From the NCBI RefSeq assembly GCF_009914755.1, contig NC_060927.1: a DNA stretch of 64,000 nucleotides; one strand, given 5' to 3'. This document shows positions 13,276-27,450 of the stretch, piece by piece. A program made the translations under genes and the position numbers. Source of the stretch: the human T2T-CHM13v2.0 reference genome, Homo sapiens. Below the pieces are notes generated by a model, which had not been told where the DNA came from, ran no database searches, and worked only from the letters and a program-made list of their open reading frames with translations. How positions within the stretch are numbered: the stretch's first letter is position 1; each line of letters begins with the position of its first letter.

Positions 13276-13603
13276 ATTAATAGAGAAAAAGTGTAAAGAA
13301 AACTTAATGAAGAATCGATGTCATATTGATATTTTAGTCACTTTTTAATGTACTGATTCCATTTCTCTAAAAAGATTATAATAGGTTATAATATGATTTC
13401 TAAAATGATGATTGATGGTAGAGAATTTTTCTTGACAACAAGATTTGGCATTGATGATGCCATTTCTCTGCTTCTTGGAGATAGTTTTAGAACCATGTAC
13501 AAACACTCTATGATATATAAACAGCCACCACATACTTTTGTACTTTATTAAAGATATATTTATTTAAACACCAATCAAATACTTGACAAAGGGTATAGGA
13601 TCA

Positions 13604-13790
13604 AGCCAGGCATGATAGTGTGCTCCTGTTCCCGTGAAACAGGTGGCTGAGACAGGAGCATCACTTGGGCCAGGAGTCCAGCCAGGGTGACATATCTTGA
13701 GCCAGGAGTTTGAGTCCAGCCTGAGAAATGTAGTAACATACTGTCTCTAAAATAAAATTTAAAATTAAAATAATAAAAATTTTAAAAAGC
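13604..13790 (+). mobile_element. FLAM_A-like monomer with internal duplication
   Basis: Alu monomer with the cttg(g/a)gccaggagt...ccagcc segment present twice; A-rich tail. Confidence 0.7.
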
Positions 13791-13844
13791 TAAGGATCAG
13801 AAAATAAGGATTCACAAAGCATTTGTCCTCTAAGAATCTTCACC

Positions 13845-14964
13845 AAGGATTAAAAAGTTAAATGTAGAACCTAAAACTATAAATATCCTAGAAGAACACC
13901 TAGGAAATACCATTCTAGACAACAGCCTTGACAAAGCATTTATGACTAAGTCCCCAAAAGAATTTCAACAAAAACAAAAATTGATAAGTAAATTTAAACC
14001 AAAGAGCTTCTGCACAGCAAAAGAAATTGTTAACACAGTAATCAAACAACTTACAGAATGGGGAAAAATATTCACAAACTATGCATCTGACAATGGTCTA
14101 ATATCCAGAATCTATAAGAAACTTAAACAACTCAACAAGCAAAAACCAAATAACCCCATTAAGAAATGGGCAAATGACATGAAGAGAGACTTCTCAAAGT
14201 AAAACATATATGTGGCCAACAAATATATGAAAAATGTTCAATATTATTAATTGTTTGATGTAAGTCAAAAACATAATGAGATACCATTTCACACCAGTCA
14301 GAATGGCAATTATTAAAAAGCAAAATATAACAGATGGTGGTGAGGTTGTAGAGAAAAGGGAATGTTTAGACACTGTTGGTGGGAATGTAAATATTTCAGC
14401 CACGTAGAGAGCAGTTGGACATTTCTCAAAGAACTTAGAACTGCCTTTTGACCCAGCAATCCCATTATTGCATAGCTACCCAAAGGAAAATAAATCGTTA
14501 TACCATAAAGACACATGTACTTGTATGTTTATCACAGTAGTATTCACAATAACAAAGATACGGAAGAAACCTGGATGCCCATCAATGGTGGACTGGATAA
14601 AGAAGATGTGGTATATATACACCATGGAATGCTACAACATAAAAAAAGAATGAAATTGTGTCATTTGAAGCAACATGATGGAGCTGGAGGCCATTATCCT
14701 GAGACAATGAATGCAGAAACAGAAAACTACATGTTCTCTCTATAAGTGGGAGCTAAACACTGAGTACACAGAGACATAAAGATGGGAACAATAGACACTG
14801 GAAACTACTAGAGGGTGGAAAAACTACCTGTTGGGCACTGTGCTTATTACCTGGATGACAGAATCATTTGTACACCAAACTTCAGAGACACACAATTTAC
14901 TCATGTGACAAACCTCCATATGTACCCCCTGAAGTGAAAATAAAAGTTGAAAAAGAAAAAAAAA
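13845..14964 (+). mobile_element. L1PA15/16-like 3' fragment (ORF2 C-terminus + 3' UTR)
   Basis: ORF2 remnants (KSFCTAKE, IFTNYASDNGLISRIYK, WIKKMWYIYTME), 3' UTR and polyA. Confidence 0.9.
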
Positions 14965-14976
14965 TCTGTCAATATT

Positions 14977-15341
14977 TGTCTCAACCTGTTCAGGATGCTA
15001 TAACAAAATACTATAGTATCGGATGACTTATAAACAATAGAAATTTATTTCTTTTAGTTGTAGAGGCTGGGAAATATATGATCAAGTACCAGCAGAATTG
15101 ATGTCTGGTGAGGACCATTTCTTGGTTCATAAATGGCACCTTTTAACTGCATCCTCACATGACAGAGGGGGTAACAGGCAAGGCAGCTCTTTGGAGTCTC
15201 TTATAAAGCCACTAATCCCAATAATGAGGGTGCCTTTTTCATGATCTAATCTTCTTCCAAAGGCCCCACCTCCTATACTACCACCTTGGGGATTAAAGGA
15301 TTTCAGCACAGAATTTTGAGCAACACATTCAGACCACAGCA
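14977..15341 (-). mobile_element. MLT1A-type solo LTR (MaLR)
   Basis: tgtctcaacctgttcaggatgctataacaaaata...cacattcagaccacagca; TSD atatt/acatt. Confidence 0.85.
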
Positions 15342-15537
15342 ACATTAAATGAAATGGAGCATACAAATACTATTATTGCACTTAATTTACCATACACACT
15401 CAATAAATGTTAACTGCATATAGAGAAAAATGTTTTTACCTTTTTTGGTCTCTTGGAGATTTTTATGAAAGCTATAGATTTTATACATTCAGTAAAAAAA
15501 TATGTATGTCAGCATTTAGTATTTTCCTTAGAATTTA

Positions 15538-15894
<357 letters not shown>

Positions 15895-18069
15895 TCAAAA
15901 TGTAGCATAATATATTGGATTCTGGAATTAGATTTCAGAATCTATTTTATTTAATGGACAGTTCCACCCTTACTTAAAACAACATATATTGCTCTAAAAG
16001 GGATAGTATATACACAACAATGAAAAATAGCACATTTTAATTTTTTGAGTAGTGTTTTTTCCATTGAAACAGACGTTATAATAGCAAAGAAAGATATACA
16101 AAGAAAGGGGAATGTGATACTTATCTTCAACTCAACTGCTGGTTTTATACATTTTCTTTAAAAAAATAATACCATCACAGTAATGGAAATCTTAGTACTG
16201 AATGATAATACTAAATTTCCAGCTTTGTTTCCAGCAGGTTACTTGTAATCCACTCTGGATCAATATTTTCAGACCTATATTTATTATCACTAACATCAAT
16301 GTTATTAATATCATAGAATAGTCATCTAAAAGAATGTATAAATACAATTGCATAAATACTGCAGTATAGACAAAGATGTCAATAATTGAAACTATTATTG
16401 ACATGCAATACTAACATTACATAATTTAAATAATACTCTTCATTGAGAAAAGATACATTTAATTTTTTTACAAAAAGATTGCTTAGAATGTGGATGTATA
16501 ACATACAAAACGTATCTTATTCCAATGTACCACACTTGAGAGTTAAATTTCACCTCTATTTTCCTGTATTTTTAAATCTTGACAGATGTTATTTTAATTC
16601 ATTTTAACACATACATTTTACATTTTGGGTATACATAAATAACACATTTTGTTTATGCATTTTAAATTTGATTTTTTTTTCAGTTACTCAGTTATGAATA
16701 ATTTTTCATAAATTTAGACCTTAAACAATTTTGACTTTAGAAGGACATTTGTAAAGTAGTTTCTGTTTGGCTGATTCATATAAATTTTATACACTAAACC
16801 TCCTTTTAAATTTTCAGGATACATTACTTTTAACAATGGACTTATTAATTGTTCACTAAAGTTTGATTAATTAAACAGATTTGAAAGACCCCCTCTTTTT
16901 AAAATTTAATATGAATTTACATTCAAGTCTACAAACTGTCACTGTTATTAGATAGTTATTTTGATGAGTGTAGAAAATATAGTATATTAGTTTTATTTAA
17001 ATCTTATTCTAATCTTCCTTTAAGGGAATTAAAATAATTCAAAAGAATTAATTTTGGTTAGGCAATTGATTTATGGAGTTCTATTTCTGATTATTGCCTT
17101 TTTTACAGAATAAAATTATTTTTACTATGTATCTCCTTTAATGGCTTTGAATTTAAAATGAACTTTAATTTTAAACTTAATATTCAATGGGAGAAGATAA
17201 TTGTCTTTACTGATGCTTTATAATCACCTGTAAACTAGTTTATTAAGTAATTTCTCTTTTAATTAGGAAAAAAAGTAATACTTCAGAAATATCTTATCAT
17301 CTGGCATTTCCCATGTGAACTACTTGGATGTTTGTAAAATAACTAAATATAATATTTTCAAGCTTTAATGGAAGAGTCAGAAGCACTTTTTTCTTTTTCT
17401 CACAAAACAAATTTTCTTAATAATTTCTAAACTTTCAAGCAATCATTATCAACATCATTTTTGCCTTCTAGATTATTTTAAAGAATTAAAATATTAGATT
17501 TAGAAGATATTCAGAATTGCAAGCATGCTTCTCTAAAATCAAATGTAATGTAATACCTTAATATATAACTGTCTTACTTTTGAAAGACATTCAATATGAG
17601 TTAATATAGTTTGAAACTTCACAGATTTAAAACATTTCTAATTTTCATTTCTGTTTCTGAATTAATATTTATTATATTGCCAAAATGATAATCTAAGTTT
17701 TGAAACTCTCTCTCTCTCTCTCTGAAAATTTAAAACTTAATTCTAACATATTTCAAAATGCTGGAGACTCAGGGTAACAGAACCAAAGTATCAAAATCTT
17801 CTTAACATGGTATAAATATATTAAAGAGCCCAGCAAATAAATCTAATAACTAGAAAGAATCATGAAAGAATCTTTTTTTCTAGTTTCATGCAGAAAGATA
17901 ATTCGGCTATTGAAGAAACATAATGTCTAAAACCAAACAGATAGAATACCAACTATTTTTGATACATTGATACTATACTCTAGAAAATTTGTTTATTTAT
18001 GTTATTTGGAGAGTTGAAATGATATTTTTATCATTCTATAATTAGAAGGGCAGATGAAATTTCTAAACA

Positions 18070-19650
18070 GTTTAATTGAGATATAGCTCACATACATTTT
18101 ATCTATTTAATCTATACAATTTAATGGTTTTTAGTAAGTGCATAGAATTGGGTTACTGTTACTAAGAAAAGAAACTATACATTAGCAATTTTTCCCATTT
18201 TCTACAAATTCTCCAGCCATAAGCAACCACTAATCTAATTTCAACCTCTGAAGAATGTTCTATTCTGAAAGTTTCCTACAAATGAAATCATACAATATGG
18301 TTGTTTTTATGTCTGGCTTTTTTCATTTTCAAATTTTTAAGATTCAGTCATGTTGTAGAGTGCACCCGAACTTCATTCCTTTTTATTGCCAAATAATATT
18401 ATATTGTATGGATGTACCACATTTTGCTTTTGCATTCACTAGTTTATGGATACTTGTATTGTTTTATGATTTGGCTATTATGAATAATGCTGCTATGAAC
18501 ATTTGTGTAGACACTTTTTGTGGATGTATATTTTCATTTCTCTTGGGCATGTACCTGGCAGCGGAATTACTGAGTAATAAGTTAGCTCCATTCTTTCTAT
18601 TTTGATGGACTATGGTATGGTTTGGCTGTGTCACAACCCAGATGTCACCTTGAATTGTAGCTCCCAAAATTCCCACATGTTGTGGGAGGGACCCAGTGGG
18701 AAATATTTGAATTATGGGGTGGCTTTTCCTATACTGTTCTCATGGTAGTGAATAAGTCTCACAAGACCTGTTGATTTTATAAAGGATTTCGCCTTTATTC
18801 TCTCATTCTCTCTCTTGTCTGCTACCATGTAAGACATGCCTTTCACCTTCTGCCGTGATTGTGAGGGCTCCCCAGTCAGGTGGAACTTCAAGTCCATTAA
18901 ATGTCTTTTTCTTTATAAATTACCCAGTCTCTGGTAGGTCTTTATCAGCAGCGTGAAAACTGACTAATACAGACTGCTAAACTTTTTTTCCAAAGTAGCT
19001 ACGGTAGCTTTCATTCCAACCAGCAATGCGTAAGGATTCTAATTTATATACATCATTGAGAACACTTGGTATTGTCTGTCATTTTTATTAGAGCTATCCC
19101 AGTGGGTGTGAAGTGGTATTTTATTTTAGTATCGATTATATTTTTCTAATGAATAATGTTAGGGAACATCTTTTTATATGTTTATAAATCATTCACGTCT
19201 ACTTTTGAGAAATAACTATTCAGATTCTTTGCTCATTTTTAAATTGCATTACTTGTCTTTTTTATTAGTGAGTGGTAATAGTTCTTCATATATTCTGGAA
19301 ACAAGTCACTTTCCAGCTATACAATCTAAAAAGATTTCTCCCATTCTATGGGTTGTATTTTCACGTTCTTGTTGGTATCCTTTGAATCATATGGATTTTA
19401 ATTTTGCTAAAGTCCGAAATATTTTGTCTTGGTTGGTTTGTGTTTATGGTGCTGCATCTAAGAAACTTTCCCTAACTCAAAGTAACAACAGCTGACACAT
19501 ATTTTCTTCTAAAATCTTTATAGTTTCAGACTTTACGTTTTGGCTTATTATCTACTTGGAGTTAATATTTTGTATGATGTAAGCAATGGGCTGAATTTTA
19601 TGTCTTTCCGTATGGACATCAAATTGTAAAAGCACCATTCAATAAAAAGA
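18070..19650 (-). mobile_element. L1MB-type 3' fragment, interrupted by THE1C
   Basis: tttaattgagatatagctcacatac 3' end; ORF2 C-terminal remnant MFIAALFIIAKS on the minus strand. Confidence 0.8.
18613..18971 (+). mobile_element. THE1C solo LTR
   Basis: tggtatggtttggctgtgtc...cagcagcgtgaaaactgactaataca; TSD gacta/gactg. Confidence 0.88.
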
Positions 19651-19654
19651 CTAG

Positions 19655-21050
19655 GATATTTCGGACATTATTTCTTCAGTTTTTTTTCTACTTATCTTTT
19701 TTCTCTTCTTTCTCTTATTGTACTCTCATTGCAAATATGTTACTACTTTTTCTGGCATCCCAAAGACGTTTAATACGTTGTTCATTTTTCTTTTCTCTCT
19801 GTTCCTTATGCTGCATAATCTATATCAATCTTCAAGATAAACTTTTTTTTCTACCAGTTCATGTTTACAGTTGAGATCTTTTAGTGATTTTTTTAACTAT
19901 AGTTATTGCATTTTTCAAACCAGTCTTTCCATTTTAGTCTTTTTAATAATTTTTATCTTTTTATTGATGTTCTCTATTTGATGACTCCTTATTATCTAAC
20001 TCTGTTTCTTTCAGTATGATTTATTTTAGTTTTCTGAACACATTTATAATAGCTGCTTTGAAGTCTTTGTCTGTTTTTTTTTTTTTTTCTTTTTTCATGG
20101 AGTCTCACTTGCCCAGGCTGGAGAGCAGTGACACTATCTCTGCTCACCTCTGCCTTCCAGGTTCAAGCAATTCTTCTGCCTCAGCCTCCCTCCCGAGTAG
20201 CTGGGATTACAGACACATGGCACCATGCCAGGCTAATTGTTTGTATATTTAGTAGAGATGGGGTTTCACCATGTTGGCCAGGCTGGTCTCGAACTCCTGA
20301 TCTCAGGTGATCCACCTGCCTCAGCCTCCCAAAGTGCTGGGATTACAGGCATGAGCCCCCAGGCCCGGGTAAAGTCTTTCTCTTCTAATTTGCCATTCAG
20401 CCCCTCTCAAAAGCAGTTTCTATCACCCGGTTTCCACTTCCTCACTACTCTCTCTGTATGGGTCACACTTTCCTATTTCTTTGTTTGTCTCATATTTTTT
20501 GTTACTGAGTTGAAAGCTGAATATTTTACACAATATATTATGGTAAATCTGGATACTGACACATCCTTCCTCTTCGGGATTTTTTGTTACTATTGTTTGC
20601 TTATTTACTTGTTTAATTGCTTGGCTGGACTATTTTAGTAAAGTTTATTTTCCCTATAGTATGTAGTCTCTGACGTCACTTTTCATAAGGCACAGCTTTG
20701 GCCATATTCACAATAATTCTGGGATGACAATGATTTTAGCGTGGTTTTCTTTGACTATCTTTTCCATGATCTTTCTTAAGTAGCTGCATCCATTTGCTTT
20801 GCATCCAGCTGTTAGCCTCTACTAACTGCTAGCTTAAATGCTCTATTCTTTTCCATGATGCTCAGGGAATAAACTGATCCAAAGTCTGATCCAATTAAAT
20901 TCTGATCCCTTTGCAGTAGTAGTCTTTGAGGCCAGACTTTGAGATTTGTTCCAACCCCAGGAGGGCTCTTAGCTTTCTCTTTTCATGGTTCTCTTTATTA
21001 AAATTCTGGCTGCTCTATGATTTAGCCTGTTGTTCTTACAGAAACATTAA
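19655..21050 (-). mobile_element. Old L1M ORF1/5' region fragment, interrupted by an Alu
   Basis: T-rich L1 ORF1-antisense-like text (cattatttcttcag, tataatagctgctttgaagtctttgtc). Confidence 0.55.
20074..20368 (-). mobile_element. AluS
   Basis: Full Alu on the reverse strand; TSD aagtctttgtct/aagtctttctct. Confidence 0.93.
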
Positions 21051-21690
21051 TTTCTCCAGAATAGTAAGGTAAGGAATAATCTAGAAGGATATAATTATTT
21101 TCTATCTGAAAAACTCAGATATAGAATTATCACTGTAAATGCACATGGGTTACAATGACAAATTTAAGATTATTAGATTTTATTTTATTGAAAAAATAAA
21201 AGTAATTACTAAAATTAGTTAATGGAAGCTAAAATTATCTGTATCTATGTAAAACATATAGTAGCCTTAGGCTTACATTAAGCATTAAGAATATTATTTC
21301 CTATATTGTTTAGTATAATACTATTGAATTTTTTATTATATTCTATATAGAGTATGATGTTTATGACTATTTTTAAAGTGTTTTTTTGGTGCTGTGATGT
21401 AGTTACATTGCTTATAACTTTATACACACACATATAATATTTACAGTTGTATGGAATGGTATTTTTAAGTAGGTAGTCCAAAAAATAAGGAATTGTGAAG
21501 AAATAACTACATTCTCATATAAACTTATTTTAAAAGAGCATTTGACCCCTCTGACTGTTAGTAGAGTAAATGATGCAGTAACTTATGGAAAAGTTTTGTG
21601 GTACAATTTAAATGGAACATGAATGTGTCACAGGTGAGTAAAGTAAATGCACGCTTAGATACAAATTTTATTATAAAGATGATGAGTGAG

Positions 21691-22002
21691 GGCCAAGTGC
21701 GGTGGCTCAAGTCTGTAATCCCAGCACTTTGGGAGGCCGAGGTGGGTAGATCACCTGAGGTCAGGAGTTTGAGACCAGACTGGCCAACATGGCAAAACCC
21801 TGTCTCTGCTAAAAATACAAAAATTAGCTGGGCATGGTGGCAGGTGCCTGAAATCCCAGCCACTCAGGAGGCTGAGGCAGGAGAATCGCTTGAACATAGA
21901 AGGGAGAGGTTGCAGTGAGCCAAGACCATATCATTGCACTCCAGCCTGGGTGACAAGAGCAAAACTCCATCTCAAAAAACAAAACAAAAACCAAAAATAA
22001 AA
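21691..22002 (+). mobile_element. AluS
   Basis: Full Alu; TSD atgatgagtgag on both sides. Confidence 0.95.
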
Positions 22003-23159
22003 ATGATGAGTGAGTTGCATGTTGGGATAAAATAGAGTGACATATTGGCATAAAGCATTATGAATAGTGACAAGATACTCTACTATTATTTCATAATTTT
22101 ATCTAGAAACATTTATTTAGCAATGTTAACATCAAATGTATTATGCAGTGCCACCAGGCAATTAAATGCATTCTAGCTTTTAAAAGTTTAAATGCATAAG
22201 GATATATATGGAGTCTATAATTATTTCACCATAGAAAACAAAACAAAGTTAAATATTAAAAATGAAAGCATCCAAAATTCTACTTTATTACCTCATTAAT
22301 ACTTTGTTGCAAATAGAATGAAGTTATGGTTGCTTGTCAGGAATAGTGATAGGTTGTTGAGAAAAACATTCTGCCTCAGGTTGATCACTTCTTCTTCAGG
22401 GATTTGGTTCCTTGCCTTGTGATTTGGAAAGCTCAGTTGCCAACAAACCCTGAGATAATCAGTCATTGGCAGACACACTTATAGAAACCAAATTCTCAAG
22501 TAAAAGTTTTGTAGCTAAAGTCAATTAATTTCTAGTGAGGGTTATACCTGACTCAGGCAAAATGTAATTCTAAGTGGATTGGACATGCAAATTCCCAAAA
22601 GGAATAATCCAGTACAATTATTTTGAATTAGTCATGAGGCTTTGGTCTCAAAATCTCCATTCCATATGTTAAACATAAAATTGAAAGTTGACACTGTTAT
22701 ATGTATGAATAATTTAATCAGAAAATAGACTATGACCACTGCTAAATTATTTTGCCAAAAGTGCCAAGACTACCAAACAGAATGTATTTATAGTAGTTGA
22801 CAAAATTTTAAAAATAATAAGAGGATGTGCCATTTCTAGCATTAAATATGTAGACTTTTATTAAACGTTTATTTTTACCAAATTACCTGTGAGTAGTTCA
22901 CTTAGTTTTTGTTGTTTAGTCATCTTTAAATTGAAGAATTGTTTAGGTATATTTTATTTAGTTAAGAAGACTTAGACTTCCTCAAATGTCCTTAAGTATG
23001 GGTACAGAGGTTATTCTAAGGATATATATGCCTATGAAATTAGCAAACTATGTACAAGTGACCCAGAAAAAATATCAATTATAGAGAAAGTACACTATCT
23101 TCTCTGTAGTACTCTACCATTGATTTGGTTGTTCCAATTTTAGTTTTCTTTTCTGTTAC

Positions 23160-23718
23160 TATGCCACTTTTCAACTTACTGTCTCTCAGCTCCAATTAAC
23201 CATCTTTAATTACGGTTTGTGTTACTTAGGCTTAAAATCTTTAAAACTCTTTATTTTCTTGCTGCTTCCATTTGGCTTTCTGTTTTCTTTCTGCCTGCTT
23301 CCTATTCCTGTGAGTTTCATCCTAACAAGCTGGTTGAGGAGGCCAGCAGTGTTCTTTCTGTTACAGCAACTGAACTCAACATGCAGATTTTCCAGCACTT
23401 GAACAACCAGATTAATTGCTCTCACTCGAAGACAAGAGCATCCTAGTGGCTGGCATTACCTCCTTACAGAAGGGGTACCAGCTCCATGAGACCTCTCTTC
23501 AAGCCTTCTACCTTTAGTCACGACAATGTCTTTCTTTTGTTCTTGTCTTCCTAGAAGTAGTAGTTACTTTCTATAATTGTAACCTTTGTGAGAACTTAAC
23601 TATTCTTTATTTTTTTTTAGTTAGCTAATGAACAATTTTACACCTACTTTATCAAATCCTTATATTATGCCTTTCTCATTCATATGGCTGGTGTGGTTTC
23701 TGTCTCTTGACTGATAAG
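23160..23718 (+). mobile_element. 5' LTR of ancient ERV-L provirus (LTR41-like)
   Basis: tgtctctcagctccaa 20 nt after the start and ctggtgtggtttctgtctcttgactgata at the end; both motifs recur in the LTR at 30240-30935. Confidence 0.65.
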
Positions 23719-26700
23719 AAATTTGTTGCAGCAAAGAAATAATCAGATATTATTTGAGAATTGTATTGGTTAGATTTTTGGTCTTCAATGCAGTGCCAGA
23801 TTCTTTTGACAATAAGTAATAAAATGCTAGTATTTCCTGACAAACATTACCATCATGATATGAGATCAGATCTTGAAATGCTTACTGAAGCAAATGCCTC
23901 ATCAGACCAAATAGCTGCTGCATTTTCAATTTGACAGTAATGATAACTTCAATTTCTGTGATGTAGATTCTCTGAGTACACTTAAGTGCTTACAGAAACT
24001 AAATGAAATACATCTTTAATTTCTGAGGGTAAGTCACCCTCAGGAAACACATAGAGCCTCAATGATTGCCATAAAATAATCAGGAAAAATATAGTTAAAA
24101 CTAAACAAAAAGTTTGTTTCCATTCCAGAATTGCAATGTGAGGTGAATTCCTTGCCTTTCAATTCTTTCACATGAATGTTATGATCATGACTGTGAAAGA
24201 CTGAGCATCTAAAACTTAGAATGGAGAAGTCTATTTGAACCCAGATGAATCCAAGTACTTTGAACTTTCAAGTTACTCACTTTTTCTTGCCAATAGAAGC
24301 AACTTCTCTTCAATAGTATTAGAAGCCTTTCCTTGCTTGAAAAATCTATAGTAGCATTATTTGTAGCAGTTTTATTGCAAAGAAATGCCATTTTAAAAAA
24401 GAATAACCCCTAAAATAGCTTGTTGTCACTAGGCTCATAAATAGGGACATATTACAGCATGCTTCAGACAGGCGAGTACAAAAACTGCCCCAGGAGAAAA
24501 CAGCTGATATACCAAAAGATTTTTAAGATTTTGTTCATTTCTACCAGAGGAAACATGGGAAATATGTGTGAAGATATAGTCTAAGGATGGTAGATGAAGA
24601 AAAATGGAATAAAACACTAAGTCAGTTTTACTGATGTGATGCACAGATTAATAGGATAATTTGGGCACCTGAAAGTGACTGTAATAGTTTCCTTGGCTGG
24701 TTGATTGAGGATTGCACTCAGTTGTGTTCTTCATTTAATCATGTTGAGATGCCAGAACTTTCCTGGCATAATTTAAAGAAAGACATCCAAAGAATTAAAG
24801 GGTAAAGAATATCGTAATGGACATTTCCTATGTAATATATACACCTACCCTCCCAATATGTGCCCTTGTAGGACCCAGATAACTCTCCATTTATAAAGAT
24901 ATCAAAAAATAAATTAGTAAATTGAACATCAGTATCTTTAGCAAGTTTGTGTTAGCTGTCCTTTGTAGGACAGATATCATGGTAAATGTTACACAACGGA
25001 AATGAGTTTTCTGATTTTAGTGGAGATTACTGGATTCCAGAAAAACAGAAGTTAGGTGGAAGCGGTAGCAGTATTTAATCATTTTTTTCTTCTTTTTTTA
25101 ACTAAAAAGTGTATTAGGGACAGCGTGGTAATTAGAAAGTTTTGATCCATATGAATTTTTGTTGGTAGTTAGTCAATTGATCACGGTGTCTCTAAGAATG
25201 AGCATATAGTCTGATTATTAAATATTTACTTATCTATATATAGTCAGGTTATTAAAAATAAATACAGGTGTAGTGGACAAGAAACACAATAAGGTATTAT
25301 TGCTGCTTACCCAGTTTCTAGGACTAAGCCAATTCATAGACCCAAAGAATGCAGATTGAAGGAGAATTAGGATTCCTTTGAGGAAAGACCCTGCAACATT
25401 GGCACAAGTACATACTCTAAGTACCTCTTTCATACAAGCATATTCCAAAGGGAATTGCAGCAATTTACTAGAGTAACTGCACATTGTAGAAAAGCAAATA
25501 TCTAAGCCTTGCAAAATTACAAGACACTATCTCTGAATTGATGGCAAATCATGACAATATGAAATGCCATAATTGTTAATGGTCTGCCAGCCAAGGGAGT
25601 ATTTTATTTGATTCAGGTGTTAAATATGGCTTTGACTTAAGTTTCCATCACACTGAGCCCAATATCTTTGAAGTCTTGTCTTATGGTTATCTCTCCATTC
25701 CTGAATATGTAGTAGAAATAGCCATGAACAGCAACTAACTACATCCCCACATTTGCCCTCCAAGCGATGGTGCAGAGCCATTATGGTAGAAAAGGTGAAG
25801 TGGAAGCCCCTACACATTTCTTCTCTTCCAAGATTGTACCAGCAGCAGTAACACATTCCTAGGGTATTGTAAATCTTAGGGTGACTATCACAATCTTGAA
25901 AGATGTGTGAACATTCCTATGACAGCACTATTTAACTTGCCTCTTCTGCCTGTGCAGAAAGTGGGTAAATCTTGGAGAATAAAATTTTTTCTTTCATTTT
26001 TTTTTCCTTTTTTTGGAGAATAAAAATTACTGTGAAGTAGGGACTCAAGTTGCCTCTGCTGTTCCAGGAATAGTATATTTTTTGGAGTAAAGTGACACAT
26101 CCCTGAGTATTTGTAACTATTAACCTGAGTAATTCATGTTCAGGTTACATATCAATTGGAAAAGTCTGTCGAAAGCTGTTGCTTTTACCTGATAGGATCA
26201 ACAAAAAATTTTGCCTCAGGACTATATCTACTTTCCTGCATACTGCAATAATATAGTCTGCAGGGATCTTAACAGTTTTAATATTTCATATGCCCTCACA
26301 TTCTTCCAGTAACATTATGGCTTATTAGACTTAATGAAGAAGTGGCAGGTACTTTAGATTCCTTAGTAAGACATTTATGAATCAGAAGATGGTATGCAAA
26401 CCCCAAGAATATTTAAGGGCCTGCTAACACCAGGAAGTTTCAGAGAATACAAAGGTATGGAGCATATCATAATATTCTCTTTGGACAGAAAGACAAGTTG
26501 CCATACTTTGCACTACTACTATCACAGAAGAGACACAATGCTTGAAGGGCCTTTTTGCATTTGGGAGCATCATATGCCCTACTTAAGTGTGCTACTTCAA
26601 ACTGTATGAAATAACCTGTAATTCTACTAGTTTTTAGTGAGAATCAGAGCAAAAGATGGCTCAGCAGTAATTCTAGGCTGAAGTCCAGCTACTCTTCTAC

Positions 26701-26860
26701 TTTGCTGGTGAACAAGAACAGCCAATCATGTTCAAAGTGTCTGTGACAAGTAGAGAGTAATATGAAGCCTTTACCAAGGAACAGTAGAAGAATCATAGTG
26801 ATGTCATATACCGTTTTTGAGAAACCCTTGCCCTCTTCTGCAAAAATCTTTGCTTGCTCA
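23719..26860 (+). mobile_element. Ancient ERV-L internal region (decayed gag-pro-RT)
   Basis: Colinear similarity to ERV-L: agaatggagaagtctatttgaacccagatgaa (gag), gtggaagcccctac, tttaacttgcctcttctgcctgtgcagaaa...tcttggagaat (RT start), gaagtggcaggtactttagattccttagtaagacattt (after the RT catalytic motif); no open frames. Confidence 0.7.
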
Positions 26861-26867
26861 CTTGCTC

Positions 26868-26905
26868 TTTCTTTCTTTTTTTTTTTTTTATTTTGAGACA
26901 CGGTC
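26868..26905 (-). mobile_element. Alu 3' stub (polyT + gagacacggtc), truncated by MLT2A1
   Basis: tttcttttttttttttttattttgagacacggtc directly abuts the LTR start TGTGACGG. Confidence 0.65.
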
Positions 26906-27450
26906 TGTGACGGTTAATACTGAATGTCAACTTGATTGGATTGAAGGATGCAAAGTATTGGTCCTGGGTGTGTCCTTGAGGGTGTTGCCAAAGGAGAGTA
27001 ACATTTAAATCAGTGGGCTTGGAAAGGAAGACTCATCCTTAATCTGGATGGGCAGCACCTAATCAGCGGCCAGCATGGCCAGAATATAAAGCAGGCAGAA
27101 AAACGTGAAAAGACTAGACTGACTTATCCTCCCAGCCTACATCTTTCTCCCGTGCTGGATGCTTCCTGCTCTCAAACATTGGACTCCAAGTTCTTCAGCT
27201 TTGGGACTCAGACTGGCTTCCTGACTCCTTAGCTAGCAGACAGCCTATTGTGGCACTTTGTGATAGTGTGAGTTAATACTTCTTAATTAACTCCGCCTTA
27301 TATATATATATATATATATAATAGTATATATATATAATAGTATATATATATATATATATAATACTATATATATATAATAGTATATATATATATATATATA
27401 TATATATACTATTAGTTCTCTTTCTCTACAGAACCAGAACCCTGACTAAT
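26906..27450 (+). mobile_element. MLT2A1 5' LTR of HERV-L, with expanded AT repeat
   Basis: TGTGACGGTTAATACTGAATGTCAACTTGATTGGATTGAAGG...GAACCCTGACTAAT followed by the PBS-like TGGTACCAGAAGTGG. Confidence 0.92.
27299..27414. repeat. Complex (TA)n / aatag repeat, including a perfect 40-bp palindrome at 27375-27414
   Basis: taatag(ta)14ctatta is self-complementary. Confidence 0.95.

Noticed and set aside
16213-16275. Protein-like minus-strand frame SENIDPEWITSNLLETKLEI*
   Set aside because: No polypyrimidine tract at the putative acceptor and no recognisable homologue.
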